Below are positions 8,706 through 15,927 of a DNA stretch of 56,485 bases, piece by piece. The position numbers and the translations under genes were made by a program. Source of the stretch: a virus; the IMG/VR virus record IMGVR_UViG_3300011443_000003, positions 1 to 56,485 of that record. The stretch is one strand, 5' to 3'. The first letter of the stretch is position 1. Each line of letters begins with the position of its first letter. The notes under the pieces are model-generated. The model saw only the letters and a program-made list of their open reading frames with translations. It was not told the DNA's origin and made no database searches.

Positions 8706-8867
8706 TTAATCAGGTATCTCCTTGTCTAGCTTTTCAGCCTCCCACGCCCTTCTCTCTGCCACTAAATAATCAATCGCCCTGTCAATGTGGAGGTTTGTAA
8801 TCCAGAACAACGCCAAATTGGCAATCGTGCTGAGAAACAATAGGACTGATAGAAACATGATGCTCAT
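8706..8867 (-). CDS. Small single-pass membrane protein (53 aa, below the track cut-off)
   Basis: I translated it manually as MSIMFLSVLLFLSTIANLALFWITNLHIDRAIDYLVAERRAWEAEKLDKEIPD. It has an ATGA overlap with the upstream stop, and its stop abuts the next ATG. Confidence 0.5.
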   Translation of the reverse strand: MSIMFLSVLLFLSTIANLALFWITNLHIDRAIDYLVAERRAWEAEKLDKEIPD

Positions 8868-9079
8868 TTCTTAAACGTGGAATCGGCGTTGTCGGCGAGG
8901 TCGCTGATTCGCTGCGGTCCGGAAGTCTGAAAGGTCGCGTTGATGCCGCGAGTAATCAGGGTTTCGACATACGCCGGGAAGCTCACTTTGAATTCGCACT
9001 TGTCGCGCAAGGCGGTAATCCGCTTGGCCAGTTGCGGGCTTATCCGCACCTGCGTTATCTTGTCGGGTTTTTTGCTCAT
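8864..9079 (-). CDS. Ribbon-helix-helix-like small DNA-binding protein
   Basis: 71-aa ORF. ITQVRISPQLAKRITALRDK fits an RHH strand-helix pattern. The paralog-like 71-aa ORF is at 22265-22480. Confidence 0.4.
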   Translation of the reverse strand: MSKKPDKITQVRISPQLAKRITALRDKCEFKVSFPAYVETLITRGINATFQTSGPQRISDLADNADSTFKK

Positions 9080-9405
9080 GCTTCAATCAGCTTGTTAAGT
9101 TGCTGCTCCGCTTTCTTTCTTTTCTCATCAAATTGCTTGTAGAAGCTCTCACTCTCGACGCGCAACAAAACAATAGTTCGATAGGCCGTCCAAATTGGAT
9201 TTGGTTTGGTCTGCAACTTTTCGTCGCACGGTTTGCAGTAATGCCCGTCTTTCCCGCTAAAGTAAACTCCTTGCGGATACTGAACCCCATCAGATTTAAA
9301 GCAGTCGTAGCAGAATGCCTTTCCGCATTCCTGACATTTATACCAAGACTCCAATTTCTTGCAGAAATCGCATATTTCGACCTCTTTTTTAATGGTTTTT
9401 TTCAT
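9076..9405 (-). CDS. Zinc-finger protein (four CxxC pairs), first gene of the leftward operon
   Basis: ATG at 9405 (MKKTIKKEVEICDFCKK...CQECGKAFCYDCF...YCKPCDEKL). The track ORF extends to 9456. Confidence 0.55.
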   Translation of the reverse strand: MKKTIKKEVEICDFCKKLESWYKCQECGKAFCYDCFKSDGVQYPQGVYFSGKDGHYCKPCDEKLQTKPNPIWTAYRTIVLLRVESESFYKQFDEKRKKAEQQLNKLIEA

Positions 9406-9729
9406 GGTGGTTTCTATCTTTTGCCCCATAGTGCCCCAATGCGCCCCACGTTGCAAGCACTATTTTGGATTATTTTTCATCCTACCTGAAAACTTTTCTA
9501 TTGACGGATTCCTTTACACATGCGAAAAGGAGTCAGATATGCGTTGGAGCGCCAGGACAGATTGCGGTTTCAAAAAAATTTCGGCGAGATGCCGGAAACT
9601 GGGTCTGTCCTCAGTAATTCCTCCCTCGTTGCTCCAACAGCGAGGGATTTCTTTTGGATGCAGCGCAGATCGAGCAGAGCGGGCGACTATTACTCGCAGC
9701 GCAGCCGTATCAAAGCGGGCATCTGTTCG

Positions 9730-9764
9730 CCCCTCGGTGCCAGCACACCGGGGGGATTTTTTTT
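9730..9764 (+). terminator. Rho-independent terminator
   Basis: A 10-bp GC-rich stem pairs 9730-9739 (cccctcggtg) with 9746-9755 (caccgggggg), including one G-U pair. The loop is 6 nt and is followed by A plus T8 (9757-9764). Confidence 0.7.
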
Positions 9765-9806
9765 GTGCCCTTAGCTCAACGGCAGTGCCCCTGCCTTCCA
9801 AGCAGG
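9765..9806 (+). other. tRNA-Gly(UCC)-like 5' half (acceptor 5' strand, D-arm, anticodon arm) with no T-arm or 3' acceptor strand
   Basis: The sequence is gtgccct-ta-gctc-aacggca-gtgc-c-cctgc-cttccaa-gcagg. The D-loop has GG, the anticodon stem is a perfect 5 bp, and the 7-nt loop carries UCC. Downstream sequence cannot form a T-arm or pair with the 5' strand. Confidence 0.5.
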
Positions 9807-9823
9807 CCAATCCCCCAAATACC

Positions 9824-10228
9824 ATGAAAATACTTGAACAGGTATTCGGGAAGACAAAAACCAAGGTTAAACACCTGCCCAAAGAACAGGAAAAGCCAGA
9901 CTCCTACCCGTCCCGCGAGATGAGCCTTATCGGGCCTTGCGGCGCATATCGCCTGACCTGGAAACTAAAATATGACCGCTGGTTTCTCTGCGAAGGTTCC
10001 CGTGGGTGGCATCGCGTATTCAATGACTGTTACACCGAACCCGCCTTCCGCCAATGGCTCAGACACCATCCCAATCACCACTACACCACCACACCCGACA
10101 GTCACCCACCATTCAAGCTTCTAGTCACCACTTCTTCGGAAACCACCACCGATAGTGATAGTCTCTCCCCGCGTAAACATGGAGAGCGAGTTAGATCCGA
10201 ACACGCGCACAGTAGCCCCGTTGATTGA
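9824..10228 (+). CDS. Possible hypothetical protein (134 aa)
   Basis: This is the C-terminal third of track ORF 9359-10228, starting at the ATG at 9824 (MKILEQVFGKTK...). No family or RBS was seen, and the C-terminus is low-complexity T/S/H/P. Confidence 0.3.
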   Translation: MKILEQVFGKTKTKVKHLPKEQEKPDSYPSREMSLIGPCGAYRLTWKLKYDRWFLCEGSRGWHRVFNDCYTEPAFRQWLRHHPNHHYTTTPDSHPPFKLLVTTSSETTTDSDSLSPRKHGERVRSEHAHSSPVD

Positions 10229-10791
10229 GGGCAACGCCGTTCGATACCGCTTACCCGAGCAGGGTGCGGGGGAACTCGTAAAACAACACAGCGATGTGAA
10301 CGACCGTCAATGCACTCGCGCTTCCCTTAGCGTAGAGAACCGCACGTCACGTTTTCCATGGGTTACAGTTTGACCGCAACCCGCCAAAGCAGGCAAGAAA
10401 CGTGAGCGACCTAATATTTTAGGGGATCTTTTGCGTCTACGCCCAAAACGGGCATTGTCAGAACTGTCCACCAACCACTCGGGTCCATAGCTCAGTTCCC
10501 GTCATTCCCATCCGATAGCCAGCCCACCAAACAACCCAAATTTTCCCAAAATAGCCGTGCGTTAAAAGCGCATATATACGCACCACCCGCCGTCGCATCG
10601 CGGGGTCCCCGGCACCACCCGTCCCCACCCTAGCCAGCGAAAAAGAGATTCCTTAGTCAGCCACCAGGATTGCATCTCAACCAGCCAGAAACCCAAAACT
10701 TCGCACAACAAAGATTATATTCAATTGATAGCGTTGCAACAATAACGGCTTACGAAGAATCGTAATACTTGACGCTGAATTGTGGCCTCGA

Positions 10792-11193
10792 TTAGGCAGG
10801 CGAGCTACCACCTGTAGTGTCCAGCTTCGGCTCGGATGGCTGCTTCACTTGCTGGCGCGATGACTGGCGCTCTGGTTTGATCGTGCCCGGTTTTGGTGCG
10901 CCGGTTTCCATGTGCCATGACTCCTTAAGATTCTTCAAAGCCTGCGACAATGCGGCCTTGTCTTTGGCTTGAGGTGTGGCTCGCAGTTCAGCGAGTAACT
11001 CAGCTTGTGCGCGTACGAGTTCGAGAGCATATGCGCTCTGTAACTGTTCAACGGGTGCTTCTGGCACTTTGTTGGCCTCCTGAAGTTTTAGCATCATAGC
11101 GGCTTGTTTCCGCTCAGCAGCATAGCGCCTGCGTGCTTCGACTGACTTTTGAGCTGCTAACTTGGCTGTTTCCGTGTTCAACACATAAGGCAT
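10792..11193 (-). CDS. Hypothetical protein (coiled-coil, basic C-terminus)
   Basis: The first ATG is at 11193 (MPYVLNTETAKLAAQKSVEARRRYAAE...). The track start at 11283 is TTG. Confidence 0.5.
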   Translation of the reverse strand: MPYVLNTETAKLAAQKSVEARRRYAAERKQAAMMLKLQEANKVPEAPVEQLQSAYALELVRAQAELLAELRATPQAKDKAALSQALKNLKESWHMETGAPKPGTIKPERQSSRQQVKQPSEPKLDTTGGSSPA

Positions 11194-11300
11194 AGCGATG
11201 GAAACTTCGCTGAACGGGTCGGTGAACGCAAGAACTGTCGGAAAAGCGAAAGTGTAAGATTTTTCTGTCAAGAATTCCGACAAGCGCGAGTGTCCAGAAT

Positions 11301-11340
11301 ACAGTCAGCGGATTTGGCGTGTTGCTCGAGTACTGACTGT
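11301..11340. repeat. 8-bp perfect inverted repeat (acagtcag N24 ctgactgt) in the divergent intergenic region
   Basis: Read directly at 11301-11308 and 11333-11340. It lies between the divergent genes at 11193 (-) and 11474 (+) and is a possible operator. Confidence 0.4.
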
Positions 11341-11422
11341 CCTGTTTTATGTGAATACAATGGGGTCAAACAATCGCGTCGGAAATGGATACACTTTACC
11401 CGAAATGTCGCCAACAGACTAT

Positions 11423-11451
11423 TTGATTATCAATGACTTGCGTTGATTATT
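11423..11451 (+). promoter_or_regulatory. Candidate sigma70-like promoter for the plus-strand operon
   Basis: The motif is TTGATT (11423-11428), N17, then ATTATT (11446-11451), about 23 nt upstream of the ATG at 11474. This is a motif match only. Confidence 0.3.
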
Positions 11452-11473
11452 GTTGGCATTGTGTGTGCTATGA

Positions 11474-11740
11474 ATGGGTGGTATGAATTACATACACCAA
11501 CTTAAAGCAGATTTGGCGGGACATATCGCGGCACAAGAATCAATGCGCAATTCGATTCATCACATGCGCTGTTTTCTCCACTCCCCAAAGTTTATTGGCG
11601 TCGATTCTGACGGCGAGCGTAAAGACTGGATCTCCACTTCGGACGTATTGGCAATGTTGCAGGCTGCGGAAAGTGCGGCCCTTGATGCCGGTGATAATGC
11701 CAAAGCAGCATGGAAGCCGATTAATACTTTAGACAATTAG
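11474..11740 (+). CDS. Hypothetical protein
   Basis: 88-aa ORF, the first gene of the plus-strand block. Confidence 0.55.
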   Translation: MGGMNYIHQLKADLAGHIAAQESMRNSIHHMRCFLHSPKFIGVDSDGERKDWISTSDVLAMLQAAESAALDAGDNAKAAWKPINTLDN

Positions 11741-11832
11741 TAAACCTCACAAAAAAACAAGAGTATGGCAACATTATACAAACACGGTGAACTGGGGCAA
11801 ATCCGGTGATTACCGGGGAAAGAATTGAGATT

Positions 11833-12111
11833 ATGAGACAACAATTAAAACTGTCTGAAGTTTGGAAGGATGATCGGATGCTAAAGCGTGTGTTCTCTTG
11901 GTTGTCGCGCATTGGAGCAGGCCCGAGGTTTGGATCACGTCCGATTAGCTGGTATCAGATTCATCAATGCATGTGCATTGACATCCTTAAAGAGGCCGGA
12001 ATTGAAACTCCAATCGTGCGGAATGGTGTTGTTAAGGATGCGACAATCAAAGGTCCGTTCATCCTTGTTGGCGAGCTTTACAACCAAGCAGACAAACGAT
12101 CAAGGCACTAA
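11833..12111 (+). CDS. Hypothetical protein
   Basis: ATG at 11833 (MRQQLKLSEVW...). The track start at 11806 is GTG. Confidence 0.45.
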   Translation: MRQQLKLSEVWKDDRMLKRVFSWLSRIGAGPRFGSRPISWYQIHQCMCIDILKEAGIETPIVRNGVVKDATIKGPFILVGELYNQADKRSRH

Positions 12112-12112
12112 A

Positions 12113-12313
12113 ATGAAACCCATAAAAATCCAAATCACCCCCGAGGTGCGGGAATTCAACGAGCAGGTAGAGCATTGCGACTTCCTGACGGATTACCAGT
12201 TTGACCAGGGGTCGGCGGAGACTCTGCTTGATCGGTTGAATCAAGCACGGTGTTATCCGGCTTCGGCGCAGGCTTTGCGGCAGGCAATGGCGAATCTGGC
12301 AATCAAACAGTAA
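12113..12313 (+). CDS. Hypothetical protein (66 aa)
   Basis: The ATG at 12113 lies 1 nt after the upstream TAA (MKPIKIQITPEV...). This is the C-terminal part of track ORF 11888-12313. Confidence 0.5.
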   Translation: MKPIKIQITPEVREFNEQVEHCDFLTDYQFDQGSAETLLDRLNQARCYPASAQALRQAMANLAIKQ

Positions 12314-12341
12314 ACAAACCACCAAAAGAGAAGGAAATACG

Positions 12342-12737
12342 ATGAAAAGAGTAGACAGAGCTTTATTAGACGGAATATGTGCCACGATCAATCGAGAGGC
12401 CAAGCCGCAAGATGGCCTTGCCTATATGATTGAATACGCTTACGGGCAACCTGTGCTCGCCTTGAACGACATCAAAACCCTGTGCGGGCGCAGTGTTTCC
12501 CCGCGATGCTCAAAGTCAGAGTTGGCGACTTGGATGTGGGCTTTCCTAGAAGGCATTCGGGAGCGCGATTTTAATACTCGCAATTCCAACCAAGTCACGA
12601 TCACTTTTCAGGATGCTGATGATCGCAAGTGGTTTGAGAAATACGCGAAAATGGCGAAATCCCAAGACGGCACTGTAACAGGACTTTACTCCGGCTTGAT
12701 GTGCTCGTCGATCAAGCGGTCGGCTATTGAGGCTTAA
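12342..12737 (+). CDS. Hypothetical protein
   Basis: 131-aa ORF with an ATG preceded by the purine-rich sequence gagaaggaaa. Confidence 0.6.
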   Translation: MKRVDRALLDGICATINREAKPQDGLAYMIEYAYGQPVLALNDIKTLCGRSVSPRCSKSELATWMWAFLEGIRERDFNTRNSNQVTITFQDADDRKWFEKYAKMAKSQDGTVTGLYSGLMCSSIKRSAIEA

Positions 12738-12807
12738 CCCCAGCACAACACCGGCTCTAGTTCAGCCGGTGAATGCTGCGGCTAATCCGCACAACGAAAG
12801 ACTGATT

Positions 12808-13050
12808 ATGAAAACAACACAAAACTTAAGTGACATGCTGGCTGAGATTCAGACTCAAAACCAGATGATCGATGGGGCGCGGAAGGCTGCGAGTCGGTTA
12901 ATGATCAAAAACTCGGATCTGATTGAAGCTATCAAACGCATCAATCGGACTTCGGTTAGGGAAACATTTCACGGCGATGTTGATCGTTATCAGGAATGGA
13001 TTGACGGCTTCACCGCCGAAATAATCTCCAAAGCGGAAGGCAACGCATGA
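12808..13050 (+). CDS. Hypothetical protein
   Basis: ATG at 12808 (MKTTQNLSDMLAEIQ...), internal to track ORF 12727-13050. Confidence 0.5.
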   Translation: MKTTQNLSDMLAEIQTQNQMIDGARKAASRLMIKNSDLIEAIKRINRTSVRETFHGDVDRYQEWIDGFTAEIISKAEGNA

Positions 13051-13123
13051 ACCTTGATCGCTTCTACGAAATAGGCAGTTGCGTCTTGTTCTTCGCAATC
13101 CTGATACTGATCTACTGCTTAAT

Positions 13124-13339
13124 ATGAATGCTCAACACTACTTCAATCAAAAGACACCTAAAAGCCCATTCAGGAGCAGGTTTGCCATCACTGACAACCA
13201 TGGCGCTATTGTGCTTGAAACTGGAAGCAGTGTAAAAATACTGCGAGAAATCAACCGGCTTGGATTTTATGTCCCTGAAATCATGACAGGTCCGGCTTGT
13301 TGGACGTCACAGTGGAATATAGAACTTGAGGCAATATGA
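13124..13339 (+). CDS. Hypothetical protein
   Basis: ATG at 13124 (MNAQHYFNQK...). The track start at 13079 is TTG. Confidence 0.45.
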   Translation: MNAQHYFNQKTPKSPFRSRFAITDNHGAIVLETGSSVKILREINRLGFYVPEIMTGPACWTSQWNIELEAI

Positions 13340-13599
13340 ACACTCCCATTTCCGCCGCCTTACTCGCCGCTTGCCAGTGGCTTAAACGACATCCTGGATT
13401 GAGGGCAGACCCGGAGATTCTCCTGGAGTTTGTTTCAGCTTGGGTCGTGGTCGCTGGTCCGGTGACTGAACGCGAGGCCCGTCAATGCGGTATCCATGCG
13501 GTTAAGGAAGTGGCCGGATGCGTGAAGGAATTGCCGCAACATGAGTTTGAAGTGATTGAACCGGAGGATCTGAAAACCACCAAAAAAACGAAAGGATAG
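13336..13599 (+). CDS. Hypothetical protein
   Basis: 87-aa ORF with an ATGA overlap with the upstream gene. Confidence 0.55.
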   Translation: MNTPISAALLAACQWLKRHPGLRADPEILLEFVSAWVVVAGPVTEREARQCGIHAVKEVAGCVKELPQHEFEVIEPEDLKTTKKTKG

Positions 13600-13605
13600 A
13601 AAGTT

Positions 13606-13995
13606 ATGGGAGACAGAGGAAACATAGTAATTCGGCAGGAAAAAGACACAAACAGGGGCGATGTCTGGTTCTATGGACATTGGAGCGGATCAACCATGGG
13701 TGACACCGTTCGCAGTGCATTGGCTAAACGGTGGCGATGGACAGACTACAGCTACCTTGCGCGGATTGTGTTCGATTGCTTCACGGCAGGCGATCAAGGT
13801 GCGGAAACTGGATTTGGAATATCAACCACTATTGGCGACAATGAACACCCGATCTTGGTAGTAGATTGTCCCACTCAGACGGTTTACACAATCGAGGAGA
13901 AGGAACTTGTAGATCATCGGCTACCGGACAGACCAAAAGGAAAGAATGTCCAAAGCTTCGACAAGTTCATAGCAATGGGGGTATCCATCAAGTAA
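13606..13995 (+). CDS. Conserved-looking hypothetical protein
   Basis: 129-aa ORF (MGDRGNIVIRQEKD...WFYGHWSG...RWRWTDYSYLARIVFD). It is the last gene of the plus-strand block. Confidence 0.6.
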   Translation: MGDRGNIVIRQEKDTNRGDVWFYGHWSGSTMGDTVRSALAKRWRWTDYSYLARIVFDCFTAGDQGAETGFGISTTIGDNEHPILVVDCPTQTVYTIEEKELVDHRLPDRPKGKNVQSFDKFIAMGVSIK

Positions 13996-14021
13996 CCAAC
14001 CTGTAAACTTTCCCGACACCC

Positions 14022-14046
14022 AACCCGTCGAAAGGCGGGTTTTTGG
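14022..14046 (+). terminator. Rho-independent terminator at the convergence point of the plus and minus operons
   Basis: The stem pairs aacccgtc with ggcgggtt (8 bp, one G-U) around a GAAA tetraloop, and is followed by a T-run (14041-14044). Confidence 0.6.
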
Positions 14047-14164
14047 TTGTCTAGGAGTGATTGTCAAGTATTCAGAGCCACTTTATACCGTCCGATCGAT
14101 CAAAATGTCTCCCGTGCCACGGCAGAGCGTGAAAAACGGACAAGGAAACGATTCTGGCGAGCTA

Positions 14165-14380
14165 TCACTTCCCTTGAAAGTCGCTTATCGCCTGCATTGC
14201 GATGGTTCGGCACGCTTCCAAGTCCTCGGAGCACTCGATACGCTTTAAGGCTTGCACCATTTCTAGACTCCTGCCCAAGGCAAGATCCCGCGAGTCCGTC
14301 ATGTCTAGAAGCTTATGGTTCAATTCGGCTATCGCGTCCTCCTGCTCGTTGATTATCTGGTTTGCGCTATCAATGCTCAT
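14165..14380 (-). CDS. Hypothetical coiled-coil protein (71 aa)
   Basis: The ATG at 14380 forms an ATGA overlap with the upstream stop at 14377 (MSIDSANQIINEQEDAIAELN...). Confidence 0.5.
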   Translation of the reverse strand: MSIDSANQIINEQEDAIAELNHKLLDMTDSRDLALGRSLEMVQALKRIECSEDLEACRTIAMQAISDFQGK

Positions 14381-14670
14381 TTTCGATTCCTTTTCTGCCA
14401 ATCCCTCTTTTGTTGGGCTAGGCGTTCGCGTTTTTGTTCGTCGGTCCAACCGTCCAAGTTTTGTCTCAAGTGTTGGCGTGGTTTGCCTTTGGATGTCAGC
14501 CCAGCGGCCAACCATGCCGCCCGCCGTCTGCGTTGGTTCTCGATTTTAACGTGGTCCGTAATTTTACGGATCTGTTTGTCGGTTAAAGGCCCGGCGATGA
14601 TCTTGGCTATCCCGTGCTCAATCGCGGATTGGGCGCACTGTCTGAATTCCGTCATTTGTTCCGTTGTCAT
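14377..14670 (-). CDS. Hypothetical basic protein
   Basis: 97-aa ORF with an Arg/Lys-rich C-terminus. Confidence 0.5.
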   Translation of the reverse strand: MTTEQMTEFRQCAQSAIEHGIAKIIAGPLTDKQIRKITDHVKIENQRRRRAAWLAAGLTSKGKPRQHLRQNLDGWTDEQKRERLAQQKRDWQKRNRK

Positions 14671-15046
14671 GGTGGTTTACTTGGTTTGCTACGTTAAGGA
14701 ATTCTTCGTAAGACCTGACCGTATGGACTTGGTGACCGAGCTTCGCGGCCCACGCGGCGACTCCTAACTGTTCGGTGGACAACTTTCCGGTTCGGGTCTT
14801 GCACTCGACCATTAAGAGACTTCTCTCATGGCAGAGGATTACATAGTCGGGTTCTCCAGGTGTCCGATATGCCCGATGTGCCATTGATCCGTGGAATGCC
14901 ATCCAACCACGGCGCAAACATTCTTGGCGGATATGTTCGTGGAGTTCTTTCTCCTTCTCGCAGCCTTCCAGCACTTCAAGGCGTTCAGAATTAACCTTGC
15001 GTCTGGCCTCATAAGCATTCTGATCGGCTGTTGTCCATGAAACCAT
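14618..15046 (-). CDS. VRR-NUC domain nuclease
   Basis: 142-aa ORF with GEPDYVILCHERSLLMVECKTRTGKLSTEQ, the PD...E-x-K core typical of VRR-NUC. Confidence 0.7.
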   Translation of the reverse strand: MVSWTTADQNAYEARRKVNSERLEVLEGCEKEKELHEHIRQECLRRGWMAFHGSMAHRAYRTPGEPDYVILCHERSLLMVECKTRTGKLSTEQLGVAAWAAKLGHQVHTVRSYEEFLNVANQVNHHDNGTNDGIQTVRPIRD

Positions 15047-15049
15047 AGG

Positions 15050-15601
15050 TCATCCCCATTGCTCAGCCATCGCCTTAGCTATCCCCGAAAAGGTTCTGCT
15101 TCTGTCTTTCCATCTAGTTTCGCTTGGTGCCATTTTCCATACCCTACCCTCCCTACCTTCGACAATATTTGTAGGTTTTAATGGTGGAAGATTCTTAAGC
15201 CAAAGGCACGTTGCTTTGGTTTCTCCATGCCCAAACTGCCAAGGCTGAATGATTTGATCTGGCTTCCCGATCCGGCTGCTGATTATAGAAATCGGATTCT
15301 CGATGCAGATTCGCTCTATTGGAGCGGCCATCAAAGCCCGAACGAAATCTAAAGCATCATCAACCAAATACCCCTTAGCCTTCATCCAACGCGCTCCAGA
15401 GACAGCTAGGTGCGTGCATGGAGGGTGAGCAATCATCAAATCCCATTTAGGACCAAACCAGATCACCTTCTTTATGTCTTCTTGGAAATGCAATCCAGGA
15501 GTTTCGCTAGGAATAAGATCGCAACTTGCCGCGTAGTGCCCTTTGGCCTTGAACGCATCCCGCACAATCCCGCTAAATTCGCACGCAATTAAAACTCTCA
15601 T
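15050..15601 (-). CDS. Short phage-type DNA (cytosine-5) methyltransferase
   Basis: ATG at 15601 (MRVLIACEFSGIVRDAF). It has motif IV AHPPCTHLAVSG, ENP in ICIENPIS, and a C-terminal RSRTFSGIAKAMAEQW. Confidence 0.7.
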   Translation of the reverse strand: MRVLIACEFSGIVRDAFKAKGHYAASCDLIPSETPGLHFQEDIKKVIWFGPKWDLMIAHPPCTHLAVSGARWMKAKGYLVDDALDFVRALMAAPIERICIENPISIISSRIGKPDQIIQPWQFGHGETKATCLWLKNLPPLKPTNIVEGREGRVWKMAPSETRWKDRSRTFSGIAKAMAEQWG

Positions 15602-15684
15602 AAAATCAATACCCACTCACCCCGGCAACCCGGTGCGATGTCCAGCCCGCGAGCGTCTTATCGCTAGTGAGTGGGAAAGTCATA

Positions 15685-15927
15685 TCAATCGTTGTGTGGT
15701 TGCTTGTAATGCCGCCACTTCGACGGCTTATCTGGCTGACTCAATTCCTTCTCAATCTGCCGGTCGTATTTCTCGCGGTTCGCTTTCTCAATGCGCTCAC
15801 GGGCGTCGTAGCAGCGATCACAGCAAGCCATTGATACAAGGAATTCATCAGAGCACAAATCCTGCTCCTCAACTTCGATCTGCATGGCTATCCCGCAGTT
15901 GCGACAGTTGCAGGAGAGGGTTTTCAT
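15685..15927 (-). CDS. Zinc-ribbon hypothetical protein
   Basis: The ATG at 15927 forms an ATGA overlap with the upstream stop. Cys motifs are CNCRNC...CCDRC. Confidence 0.5.
   Translation of the reverse strand: MKTLSCNCRNCGIAMQIEVEEQDLCSDEFLVSMACCDRCYDARERIEKANREKYDRQIEKELSQPDKPSKWRHYKQPHND

Noticed and set aside
9765-9840. A complete functional tRNA-Gly
   Set aside because: No T-arm (no GTTCRA-type loop or pairing stem) and no 3' acceptor strand complementary to gtgccct could be found downstream. It is reported only as a 5'-half-like fragment.
9359-10228. 289-aa plus-strand ORF spanning the switch region, including an AAGGAG-preceded ATG at 9539
   Set aside because: Its first part is antisense to the zinc-finger gene. 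The middle reads straight through a strong terminator hairpin and the tRNA-like fragment, giving R/S/A-rich low-information sequence. Only the last 134 codons (9824-10228) are kept, as a low-confidence CDS.
10481-10497. Second tRNA-like start (gggtccatagctcagtt)
   Set aside because: Only about 17 nt resemble an acceptor strand plus the D-arm start. The D-stem does not close and no anticodon arm follows, so this is probably chance.
14165-14515. 116-aa form of the ORF overlapping 14377-14670
   Set aside because: The first 45 codons overlap the upstream gene in another frame and are R/T/P-rich. The internal ATG at 14380 gives a clean ATGA junction and is preferred.
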